Positions 48,399 through 57,411 of a stretch of 64,000 bases of DNA are shown piece by piece. The DNA is taken from contig JBDGRL010000005.1 in assembly GCA_042218065.1 (NCBI GenBank), positions 338 to 64,337 on the forward strand, given 5' to 3'. This stretch comes from Candidatus Magasanikiibacteriota bacterium (GTDB lineage: Bacteria; Patescibacteriota; Patescibacteriia; Magasanikbacterales; UBA922). The notes beneath the pieces are model-generated. The model was not told the origin of the DNA and ran no database searches. It saw only the letters and a program-made list of their open reading frames with translations. The translations under genes were made by a program, and so were the position numbers. Position 1 is the first letter of the stretch, and every line of letters starts with the position of its first letter.

Positions 48399-48493
48399 TA
48401 CTCTTTAAATAACCGAGTGTGTGACAGCTATAATATTTATGTATCATAGCTGTTGCACATTCGGCAATTCACGACCAAAGAAGAAAAGGAGGG
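48399..48493 (+). promoter_or_regulatory. Structured leader: boxA-like motif, 19-bp hairpin, SD
   Basis: TACTCTTTAAATAACCG; stem 48413-48464 with 3 G-U pairs on the plus strand; CACGAC; AGGAGGG. Confidence 0.55.
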
Positions 48494-48497
48494 CAGA

Positions 48498-48886
48498 ATG
48501 GACTTTGAAGACATTGAAAAAGGCGACATACTCAAGTGGAAAGGACCTTTTCAGTTAAGGATAGGAGAACCTCATCACGATTGGTATTATCCATGCCTTG
48601 TAAAGTAGTAGAAAAAGATGTAGAAGAAGGAACTATAATAATTATAGATTTTGATCAGCTTAGAGAGAGGGTTCTCGATAAAGGATCAGTACCTAAAGTT
48701 ATAGAGCCTGCCGAAGATGAGTGGGTTAGAAAGTACATGGAAGACAGAGAGAGGAAATTCAAAAAAATATTTGAGCAAGCTAAAGAAGAACTGTAAAACA
48801 ACTGAAATTGCATGAAAGAGGCAGCTGAGGATTATTTTGAAGGAGCAAGTGCCATTTTGCTTGCTAATGAGGCAGAGCTTAACTAA
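48498..48886 (+). pseudogene. Frameshifted SD-led orphan gene
   Basis: MDFEDIEKGDILKWKG...YYP shifts at the CCATG-CCTTG imperfect duplication into CKVVEKDVEEG...; coding-like sequence continues past stops at 48794 and 48803 to 48886; hairpin at 48891-48923. Confidence 0.55.
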
Positions 48887-49024
48887 ATCAAAGGAGGAGG
48901 GCGAGGTTTACCTCGTCCGCCTTACAAAAATATTCTATTGACTAGGATTTTTTTGTAAGGTTTTTCCTGCGATTTTCAGTAGATTTTTTATTTAAAAATA
49001 TGTCCGTTTTTAATAGTTATAGTT

Positions 49025-50542
49025 TTGACCAAAGTATACCTTGATCCCGATAAAAAACTAGATACTCAAAAAGTGAAGAGTGTTGCGACAAATTCTGATA
49101 TTGAGGTTTCTTTAACCGAACGAGCTGAGGAGAATATCAAGAAATGCAGAGAGGTAGTAGAAAATCTTTCTAAAGATAAAGCTGTATATGGAATCAATAC
49201 TGGTTTTGGCAGCTTTAAAGATAAAGAGATAGATTATGATGATGTAATTCAGCTTCAAAAAAATTTGATCCGAAGCCATTCTGCAGGTGTAGGCAGTCAT
49301 TTTTCTAGACCTATTGTAAAAGCGATGTTGGTTTTAAGACTTTATTCTTTTACATTTGGGTATTCTGGAGTTAGGCTGAAGTTAGCTCAGCTAGTTAAAG
49401 ATATGATAAACAAAGAGGTGATTCCAGTAGTTCCCTCTCAGGGGTCGGTGGGGGCTTCTGGTGATTTAGCACCTCTTTCTCATGCCGGTTTGGTTTTGAT
49501 GGGAGAAGGCAGAGCTTATGTTAATGATAGTGAAATTTTGGATGGAGCAGATGCTCTTAAAAAATATGGTTTGAGGCCGATAGAGTTTAAAGAAAAAGAA
49601 GGCTTAGCATGGAACAACTCCACTTCTGCAATGAGTGCAGTTGCTGCACTGGTTGTAAATAAATCTAAGAGATTAATGCAATTAGCCGATTTAGCTTGCG
49701 CTATTTCTTATGAAGCTTTCTGTGGTATTACTGATGCTTTGGATTCAGATTTACATGAGCTGAAGCCGCATTCTGGACAAAAAAAGAGTGCAGAAAATAT
49801 CAAACAGAAATTAGAAGGATCGAAGCTAGTAGATTCTTATCCTGAGAGAATACAGGATTCTTACTCCTTACGTTGTGCACCACAAGTGCATGGAGCAGCT
49901 CGAGAAGCTATTAACCATGTTGAACAGGTAGTTAATACAGAGTTAAATTCTGTGACCGACAATCCTTTGGTTTTTCCCGAGAAGAGAAAGGTAATTTCTG
50001 GCGGTAACTTCCACGGAGAGGCTATAGCTATTGCGGTTGACTCTTTAGCTAATGCCATATCAGAGTTGGCAAATATTTCTGAAAGAAGAACAGCAAAACT
50101 AGTAGATGAGGACAATAATCACGGCTTACCTGCTTTTCTGGTCCCGGAACAAGAATCAGGAGTGAATAGTGGTTATATGATTCCACAATATACTGCCGCT
50201 GCTTTAGTTTCTGAAAATAAATCTTTGTCACACCCCGCTTCCGTTGATTCGATTCCTACTTCTGCGAACCAGGAAGACCATGTCAGTATGGGTACAATAG
50301 GAGCTAGACAAGCGTTAGAGGTTGTTGAAAATACGGAAAATGTGATAGCTATTGAGTTGTTAGCTGCAGCTCAAGGTGTAGAATTCCGTGGTACCGAGGA
50401 GATGGGGCAAGGCACTAAAGAGGCATATAAAAAAATAAGGAATAAAATAGATTTTACTCAAAAAGACAGAGAATTTCACAAGGATATTGAGAAAATAAAG
50501 CAAATAGATTTTTTTAACAATGAATACTCTACAGAAGATTAA
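49025..50542 (+). CDS. hutH: Histidine ammonia-lyase
   Basis: YGINTGFG, NLIRSH, MIO motif GSVGASGDLAPL, QDSYSLRC, DNP, GGNFHG, NQEDHVSM. Confidence 0.95.
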   Translation: MTKVYLDPDKKLDTQKVKSVATNSDIEVSLTERAEENIKKCREVVENLSKDKAVYGINTGFGSFKDKEIDYDDVIQLQKNLIRSHSAGVGSHFSRPIVKAMLVLRLYSFTFGYSGVRLKLAQLVKDMINKEVIPVVPSQGSVGASGDLAPLSHAGLVLMGEGRAYVNDSEILDGADALKKYGLRPIEFKEKEGLAWNNSTSAMSAVAALVVNKSKRLMQLADLACAISYEAFCGITDALDSDLHELKPHSGQKKSAENIKQKLEGSKLVDSYPERIQDSYSLRCAPQVHGAAREAINHVEQVVNTELNSVTDNPLVFPEKRKVISGGNFHGEAIAIAVDSLANAISELANISERRTAKLVDEDNNHGLPAFLVPEQESGVNSGYMIPQYTAAALVSENKSLSHPASVDSIPTSANQEDHVSMGTIGARQALEVVENTENVIAIELLAAAQGVEFRGTEEMGQGTKEAYKKIRNKIDFTQKDREFHKDIEKIKQIDFFNNEYSTED

Positions 50543-51635
50543 AAACCTCTTCTGGGTGCGTAGCCTGAAAGATTATTTTGATAGATATGAGAAATACTTA
50601 CTCCCAGGTGCTTTGGTTGTGGGGTTATTGATAGATGCTTTAACCTTTCGAAATATTAATATAGATACTGCTTTCAGTTTATTGACTTCTTATTTGGTCA
50701 TCTCGATTTTGACGATTGCCTATATTCATGCTTTTAAAGAAAAAATTTTCCCCGAAACCAAAATATGGGAGTCAATCTATGTTTATTCTCCGCTAGTCAT
50801 TCAGTTTACATTTGGTGCTTTACTTAGTGCAATTTTTATTTTCTATTTCTTTTCGGGTACGGTTTGGGTTAGTTGGCCTATATTTTTAGCTCTGGTTATT
50901 TTAATGATAGTTAATGATAGTTTCCGTGAGTATTATTTGAAGGCAGAAGTCCAGCTTGGTATTTTTTACTTTATTCTATTGCTATTTTTAATTTTAGTTT
51001 TCCCATTTTTAATGAATAAAATCGGACCCGGAATATTTTTTCTAAGTGGGGCGGCTAGTTTGGTTATATTTTTCGGTTTATTAAAATTATTGCTTTATCT
51101 GAGTACAGAGGTTGATATAAAAAGGAAAGGTATAGCAACAATAGTAATTTTGATATTTTCAGTTGTCAATATCCTTTATTTTACCAATATAATTCCGCCT
51201 ATACCGCTTTCCGTACGAGATTCTGGGGTTTATTATCGGGTGGATAGAATAAATGGAAATTATCAAGTCGTAGCTCCTCAGAGTAGTTGGAAAGACTATT
51301 TTATTTCCAGCAATAAGATCAAGTTTTCAGAGGAGTCGGAAATTTTCGTGTACACTGCCGTTTTTGCGCCTTCGGATCTGACAGAGGAGATAATTCATGA
51401 GTGGCAATATTATGATAGTGAAAATGAGAAATGGGACAGTACGGATGAGCTTAGTTTTTATCTAGTTGGGGGCAGAGATGGTGGTTATAGAGGTTACTCT
51501 AAAAAATCCAACCTCAAAGAAGGGCATTGGCGTGTAAAAGTAGAGACACAGGAAGGAAAAGTATTAGATATCATTGACTTTGAGTTAACTAAAACAGAAG
51601 ATTCGATTAAAACTGTTGAAAGGCTCAAAAGATAA
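50520..51635 (+). CDS. Membrane protein with C-terminal DUF2914-like domain
   Basis: 7-8 TM helices, IPPIPLS, then AVFAP...HEW...GGRDGGYRGYS.K...G.WRV.VET. Confidence 0.8.
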   Translation: MNTLQKIKNLFWVRSLKDYFDRYEKYLLPGALVVGLLIDALTFRNINIDTAFSLLTSYLVISILTIAYIHAFKEKIFPETKIWESIYVYSPLVIQFTFGALLSAIFIFYFFSGTVWVSWPIFLALVILMIVNDSFREYYLKAEVQLGIFYFILLLFLILVFPFLMNKIGPGIFFLSGAASLVIFFGLLKLLLYLSTEVDIKRKGIATIVILIFSVVNILYFTNIIPPIPLSVRDSGVYYRVDRINGNYQVVAPQSSWKDYFISSNKIKFSEESEIFVYTAVFAPSDLTEEIIHEWQYYDSENEKWDSTDELSFYLVGGRDGGYRGYSKKSNLKEGHWRVKVETQEGKVLDIIDFELTKTEDSIKTVERLKR

Positions 51636-51713
51636 ATAGGTTAGACTTTTTTTGTTTATATTTTTAAGATATAAATCAACGAGAATGATTTTGTTAATTA
51701 ACTAAATAATATT

Positions 51714-52664
51714 ATGAAACCAGAAAATAGAAGCCCTAATAAGGAAGAATTAGAAACAGAAGTCAATGAGGGTTCGTCTGAGCAAGATGGGGCAGAGGAA
51801 TCTGAATCAGACGGATTAGAAGTAGAAGACAGTGGAGAAGAAGAAAGAAATGTGATGAGAGAATTATCAAAGCAAGCAGGACCAACAAGCACTATTTTAG
51901 CAACTGCTTTATCTCTAGGTTTAGCAGCTTGTGAGATTGATAGAAAAGCTACAGAAGCTAAGAGGAGAGAGGTTGTTTTGGAAGGCCCTGAAGAGTTGTC
52001 AGATTATTACGAGGACAGTAAAGAAGAACTTAGGACTAAGTGGAATCTAAAACCTCCTGCAGCTTATGATCACATGGTTTATTCTGGAAAAAGCACCACC
52101 GAAATTGATAAAGATGAAGAAGGTTCTAATGTAGAAACAGATTTTAAAGAAGAAGGAAGCTTTCCTTTAGACAAAATTAAATCAGCTTTAAATGAAGGTC
52201 GGTTATTTTTTAGATCCAAGGAAGGTACTTTAGATAGAAAGGAGCTTGATAATGCGTATTCTATATCTGAGTTGAGTTTGTACCCAGGAGGAGTAAAAAG
52301 TGAATTTTTAGAAGTTAGGAGTTCTGAATTGTATGTAAATGAGGGTAATGGAGAAGAAGCACTAAAAGAAAATGCTGAATTAATTGTTGACTCTGATAAG
52401 AAGTTTACTGGCAGAGATCGAGAGAGGAGGAGTGAAGCAGTGCTTGAGGCGATTAAAAAACTTGTTAAAAGTGCGGGCAGCCAAGAAAATAAAAATATTA
52501 CTTATCCTGAAATATCAGATGTAGAGTCCCCAAAAGAAGACAAGGTTCATACTTTAGATTACATAATGAGGGAATTTAGCGGAATATTAGTGGGTTATGA
52601 AGTAGATGTAGAAAAAGATGGTGTATTTTACGAAGCGACTATCAGCCCTGAGGGTAACAATTAA
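51714..52664 (+). CDS. Acidic hypothetical protein with internal hydrophobic/lipobox-like segment
   Basis: 316-aa ORF; about 55-aa acidic leader, then ILATALSLGLAAC. Confidence 0.65.
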   Translation: MKPENRSPNKEELETEVNEGSSEQDGAEESESDGLEVEDSGEEERNVMRELSKQAGPTSTILATALSLGLAACEIDRKATEAKRREVVLEGPEELSDYYEDSKEELRTKWNLKPPAAYDHMVYSGKSTTEIDKDEEGSNVETDFKEEGSFPLDKIKSALNEGRLFFRSKEGTLDRKELDNAYSISELSLYPGGVKSEFLEVRSSELYVNEGNGEEALKENAELIVDSDKKFTGRDRERRSEAVLEAIKKLVKSAGSQENKNITYPEISDVESPKEDKVHTLDYIMREFSGILVGYEVDVEKDGVFYEATISPEGNN

Positions 52665-52714
52665 ATATTAATGTAAAAGTAACTAAATATATTGAATAAT
52701 TCTAAAATTTAAAT

Positions 52715-53113
52715 ATGCCAGCCATGCAATTATTAGCCCAAACAATCGGCTCTTTTATGGTTATTGTTGGTCTATCTTTCTTATTTCGCAGGGGGTATTT
52801 TTTGGAGAAATTAAAGACATTTTTTTCTCGCCACCCCTTAAGATTGACGATTGCGTGCGGAGAGTTGCTTGCGGGGTTATTTTTGGCTTTGGCTTTCAGC
52901 CAAAATTTTACCGATTATTCTTTGTATGGAAAGCTGATAGTGATTTTGGGTTGGACTATGGTAGCAGAGGGTATATTGAATCTTATAGTATCTGAGGCTG
53001 TTATTGAAAAAGCTTACCGAGCTACTTTGACGAAAAAATTCTTTGCAGGTTTTAGTTTATTTTTTACTGCTCTTGGCTTATATTTAGCTGGGTCCGGGTT
53101 TGGCTTTTTTTAA
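52715..53113 (+). CDS. Small four-TM membrane protein
   Basis: Four hydrophobic segments, LGW...EG. Confidence 0.7.
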   Translation: MPAMQLLAQTIGSFMVIVGLSFLFRRGYFLEKLKTFFSRHPLRLTIACGELLAGLFLALAFSQNFTDYSLYGKLIVILGWTMVAEGILNLIVSEAVIEKAYRATLTKKFFAGFSLFFTALGLYLAGSGFGFF

Positions 53114-53173
53114 TCTTTTCTTATTGATGTATAAATGGTATAATTTACATGGATTAATTTTAATCACTTTCTT

Positions 53174-53464
53174 ATGCCAGAAGAGAATAATGAAGAAAAA
53201 TTAGAAAATAATGATATAGATGCAATGTGGCTGGATCACTACTTGTTGGGCTCAGAGAGTGGGCTTGAGTTTTTAAATCGATTAAAAGGTGAAGGATCTT
53301 TAGGTCGTGACTTACCTATATTTGTAGTCTCTAATACTGCCAGCGAAGACAAGGTTAAATCATATCTCAGCTTCGGTGTAGACCAGTACTACACGAAAGC
53401 GGATAATAATCTGGGCGAGATTATAGACGATCTTATAAACGCCATTGAACAATCAAAACAATGA
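53174..53464 (+). CDS. N-terminally deleted response regulator receiver
   Basis: DAMWLDHYL..SGLEFL..LPIFVVSN..YYTK present; beta1 acidic motif and following helix absent. Confidence 0.65.
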   Translation: MPEENNEEKLENNDIDAMWLDHYLLGSESGLEFLNRLKGEGSLGRDLPIFVVSNTASEDKVKSYLSFGVDQYYTKADNNLGEIIDDLINAIEQSKQ

Positions 53465-53760
53465 AAATCTCACCCGACAAAGTAGAACATATAGCACAAC
53501 TGGCACGGCTCGAGCTTTCTCAAGCAGAAAAAGAGCGCTACGCCGAGGAGTTGTCGGTGGTGCTGGACTATGTAGAGAAATTAGAAGAGGTGGAGACCGA
53601 GGGGGTCGAGCCGACCTTTCAGGTATCCGGGCTTACCGATGTAACCAGAGAAGACGAGGTGGAGGAGATCAGTGATGAAGACCGATCTAAGATTATAGAG
53701 GAGTTTCCAAGCAAAGAAGGCAGAATGCTAAAGGTACAAGAAGTATTCGATAATGAATAA
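53461..53760 (+). CDS. gatC: Asp/Glu-tRNA amidotransferase subunit C
   Basis: VEHIAQLARLEL, L.EVETEGVEPT, RED. Confidence 0.95.
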   Translation: MKISPDKVEHIAQLARLELSQAEKERYAEELSVVLDYVEKLEEVETEGVEPTFQVSGLTDVTREDEVEEISDEDRSKIIEEFPSKEGRMLKVQEVFDNE

Positions 53761-53763
53761 TTT

Positions 53764-55191
53764 ATGGATATAGCAAATCTAACTATACCTGAAGCCAGAA
53801 AAAAATTAGATAATGGAGAGATCACGTCGGTCGATCTGACCCAAGCTTGTTTGGATAAAATAGAGCAGGAAAATGATGATATTAATGCATTTATAACCGT
53901 AGTTGAGGACTTAGCACTAAAACAAGCCCGGGAAGCAGACAATATTATTGAGCAGGGAGATGCTGGTCCTCTTACAGGATTGCCTTTCGGCGCCAAAGAT
54001 ACTTTGTGTATAAAAGATATTCGCTCGACCGGGGGAGCGAAAATTTTGGATAATTACGAGCCCCCATATACCTCTACCGTAGTGCAGAAAGTTTTAGATC
54101 AAAATGCAGTTTTGCTGGGAAAGCAGAACTGTGATGCTTTCGGCCACGGTGCCAGCAATGAAAATTCGATGTATGGTCCGGTGAAAAATCCCAGGGACAC
54201 GGATAAAGTAGCCGGAGGTTCATCAGGTGGTTCAGCGGCAGCGGTTGCAGCGGGTATGTGTCTGTTTTCTATCGGAGAGGATACCGGTGGTTCTATCCGG
54301 CAGCCGGCCAGCTTTTGTGGAACTGTTGGACTTCGCCCCAGCTATGGCCGCAACTCACGCTATGGTGTAATGCCGATGGCAAGCTCACTCGATACCGTCG
54401 GTCCGATGGCTAAATCCGTAGCAGGTACAGCAATACTAGAGGAAGTAATGGCGGGCAAAGATGAAAAAGATGCTACTACTGTAGATACAGGTGTTCCCCA
54501 ATATTCAAATAAATTAGACCAAGACATATCCGATCTAACTATCGGACTACCAAAGGAATACTTTGAGAAAGGCGAGCTGAACCGGGAGGTGCATGAGATA
54601 ATAGATACCCAGTTTGAAGAGTTGGCAAATAAAGGCTGCGAGATCAAAGAAGTGTCTCTTCCGCATACAGAGTATGCAGTTTCCACCTACTACATTATAG
54701 TACCCAGCGAAGACAGCTCGAATATGGCACGACTTGACGGTATGAGATACGGGACCAGAGAAGAGGGTAAAGATCTAGAGTCTACTTACGGCAAATCCAG
54801 AGCAGAGGGTTTCCCCGATGAGGTAAAGCGGAGAATTATGATCGGAACGTATTCTCTCTCTGCTGGTTATTATGATAAGTATTACAAAAAAGCACAAAAA
54901 GTTCGGACTTTGATCAAGCAAGATTTTGAACATGTTTTCGAAGAGGTAGATGTACTACTTACCCCCACTTCTCCTTTCCCGCCTTTTGAGTTGGGAGAAA
55001 AGACAGGTAATGTACTGGATATGTATTTGGCAGATGTCTTTACTGTCCCCGCTGCTCTTGCTGGTATACCGGCTCTATCAGTGCCGGTAGCAGAAAACGG
55101 TGAGGGGCTTCCGGTAGGAGCTCAGATTATAGGTCCGAGGCTGAAAGAAGATCGGGTACTTAAAGTAGGAGCTGAACTTTTAAGTAGCTAA
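53764..55191 (+). CDS. gatA: Asp/Glu-tRNA amidotransferase subunit A
   Basis: GGSSGGSAAAV, DTGGSIRQPA, RLDGMRYG, EVKRRIMIGTY. Confidence 0.97.
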   Translation: MDIANLTIPEARKKLDNGEITSVDLTQACLDKIEQENDDINAFITVVEDLALKQAREADNIIEQGDAGPLTGLPFGAKDTLCIKDIRSTGGAKILDNYEPPYTSTVVQKVLDQNAVLLGKQNCDAFGHGASNENSMYGPVKNPRDTDKVAGGSSGGSAAAVAAGMCLFSIGEDTGGSIRQPASFCGTVGLRPSYGRNSRYGVMPMASSLDTVGPMAKSVAGTAILEEVMAGKDEKDATTVDTGVPQYSNKLDQDISDLTIGLPKEYFEKGELNREVHEIIDTQFEELANKGCEIKEVSLPHTEYAVSTYYIIVPSEDSSNMARLDGMRYGTREEGKDLESTYGKSRAEGFPDEVKRRIMIGTYSLSAGYYDKYYKKAQKVRTLIKQDFEHVFEEVDVLLTPTSPFPPFELGEKTGNVLDMYLADVFTVPAALAGIPALSVPVAENGEGLPVGAQIIGPRLKEDRVLKVGAELLSS

Positions 55192-55194
55192 GAG

Positions 55195-55629
55195 ATGCCA
55201 AAGGAAGTATATAGTTTTTATGATAATAGAATAGAAAAAGAGCTAGAAAAAGTAGAATCTAGCATGGAGAGCAGCCTTAGAGATTTGATTGAAATGAAAG
55301 AAAATGAACTAGAAAAACTTAGAAAGATAAAACACTACTACGAAGAGATAGATAAGTTTCAAAAAATTTTAGAAGCTGCAGATTCATCTGAAGAGAGACA
55401 AAAAGCAAAAAAAAGAATAAAAAAACTACGACAAAGAATAAAAGATGTGGGCAAACAGGTACAATTTGAAAGAGAAGAAATAGGTTACCTTTTGCAAATT
55501 ATTAAAGATCAAAAAGGTAAAGATGATTTGGAGCGCGCTTTGCATATTTTAGAGCTAAAGGAGATAGACGACGTTTGGTATGAAAAAGCTATAAATATTG
55601 ATTTTAGCGATCCATCGAATATTAATTAA
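55195..55629 (+). CDS. Coiled-coil hypothetical protein
   Basis: 144-aa E/K-rich ORF in operon position. Confidence 0.6.
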   Translation: MPKEVYSFYDNRIEKELEKVESSMESSLRDLIEMKENELEKLRKIKHYYEEIDKFQKILEAADSSEERQKAKKRIKKLRQRIKDVGKQVQFEREEIGYLLQIIKDQKGKDDLERALHILELKEIDDVWYEKAINIDFSDPSNIN

Positions 55630-55639
55630 ATTTTTATAC

Positions 55640-56998
55640 ATGCAAGAAGTACAAATACCACAAAATAAAAGAAACGGAGATAATAAAGAGAGAGGTTTTA
55701 GCCTGCACGAAGAAGAGGATTATCGTAAACCATGGCGCATCTTTCGAGTGATGTCCGAGTTTGTGATGGGATATCAGCTGCTGTCTACCTTGGACAAGCA
55801 AGTCACTATCTTAGGTTCAGCTCGTAGCGATGAAGAGGAAAAATATTATGGGATAGCAGAACAGCTGGGACGTCTATTAGCTCAAAATGATTATTCTACT
55901 GTCACCGGTGGTGGTCCTGGAATTATGGAGGCTGCTAATAAGGGTGCTTTTGAAGAGGGGGGTGATTCGATTGGTTTAAACATACAGCTCCCCTTTGAAC
56001 AGAAGGTTAATCAGTATGTAAAAAGGGCGATCGGCTTTCATTATTTTTCCACCAGAAAGGTTATGTTAACCGCGCCGGCTGATGCTTTTGTATTATTTCC
56101 CGGCGGTTTTGGCACTATGGATGAGTTTTTTGAGATAGTTGATAATATGGAGTTGGGCAAGATGTGTGAGGTGCCAATAATTTTAGTTGGAGAAGAATAT
56201 TGGAAACCCTTGATAAAGTTTCTCAAAGAAAGTGGGTGCCAGCTAGGCAGTATTAATGAAGAGCAGGTGAAACAGTGGCATGTAGTAGAGACAGCACAAG
56301 AAGCATTTGAGATAATTAGTGAAAGCGGTGAAGGACATGGCAGAGAAACTTGTGAATTGTCTCCGACTCATTTTCACTCCGAGACCTCTATGAACTGGCG
56401 AGTGTTTCGTATTATGTCGGAGCTGGTGGAAGGGTTTGAGTTTATAAGTGACCTTGAAAAAGATGTTTCTTTTTATGGTACAAAAAGTATAAAAGAGGAT
56501 AGTGATTATTATAAAGCAGGCTACCAGCTTGGAGGAGAGATTGCCAAGAATGGGTTTGCTGTACTGACAGGAGCTGCTCCCGGCATGGATGAAGCAGTAA
56601 ATAAGGGTGCTATAGAAAATGGTGGGGGCTCGATCGGAATTAGTATGAAGGTTCAAGGACAAATAAGATTAAACGAATATATTAATAAATCATTGGTTTT
56701 CGATTTTCCCTTTACTCGTAAGATGATTATTACCGCGCCTTCTGATGCTTTTGTGTTTTTCCCAGGTGGGTTCGGAACCCTCCACCAATTATTTGAGATT
56801 TTGACATTGATGCAGACCAACAAGATAAAACAGAAGCCGGTCATCCTTTATGACCATAAATTTTGGGAGCCTTGGCATGCATTTATAAAAAAGACTCTAG
56901 CTCACAGATTCGAGACCATTAGCCCTCAGGACGACGAGATTTATCAGATCGTAGATGATGTGGATACAATAATGGAGATTATTAATAAGAGGGTTTAG
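55640..56998 (+). CDS. Tandem LOG-family (TIGR00730) nucleotide phosphoribohydrolase
   Basis: Two repeats each starting WR(I/V)FR(V/I)MSE; TGGGPGIMEAAN, PGGFGTMDE; second copy PGGFGTLHQ. Confidence 0.9.
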   Translation: MQEVQIPQNKRNGDNKERGFSLHEEEDYRKPWRIFRVMSEFVMGYQLLSTLDKQVTILGSARSDEEEKYYGIAEQLGRLLAQNDYSTVTGGGPGIMEAANKGAFEEGGDSIGLNIQLPFEQKVNQYVKRAIGFHYFSTRKVMLTAPADAFVLFPGGFGTMDEFFEIVDNMELGKMCEVPIILVGEEYWKPLIKFLKESGCQLGSINEEQVKQWHVVETAQEAFEIISESGEGHGRETCELSPTHFHSETSMNWRVFRIMSELVEGFEFISDLEKDVSFYGTKSIKEDSDYYKAGYQLGGEIAKNGFAVLTGAAPGMDEAVNKGAIENGGGSIGISMKVQGQIRLNEYINKSLVFDFPFTRKMIITAPSDAFVFFPGGFGTLHQLFEILTLMQTNKIKQKPVILYDHKFWEPWHAFIKKTLAHRFETISPQDDEIYQIVDDVDTIMEIINKRV

Positions 56999-57068
56999 AT
57001 GTTTCTATTATGAATATATTTGATTTTTTGTAGATTTCGTTGTATACTGACCTCACAATTGAGTTTTA

Positions 57069-57153
57069 GGAAGGGTGACCGAGTGGTCGAAGGTGCATGC
57101 TTGGAAAGCATGTGTGCCTAACGGCACCGAGGGTTCGAATCCCTCTCCTTCCG
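57069..57153 (+). tRNA. tRNA-Ser(GGA)
   Basis: GGAAGGG/TCCTTCC acceptor, CATGC-TTGGAAA-GCATG, long variable arm. Confidence 0.96.
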
Positions 57154-57175
57154 CAGCTGAGCGATTGATTATTAC

Positions 57176-57263
<88 letters not shown>

Positions 57264-57411
57264 AGCTTTGACTTCTTTAAGTAGAATTGTAGGGCTTTGT
57301 TAAATAAACGAAATAGCTAAAATAATCTTGATATAAACTCGTTAGTAGCGAGTGTTTTTTAAATATTTACTTTTTATAGTATACTTTAATTAAGATTTAT
57401 AAATTTAATAC

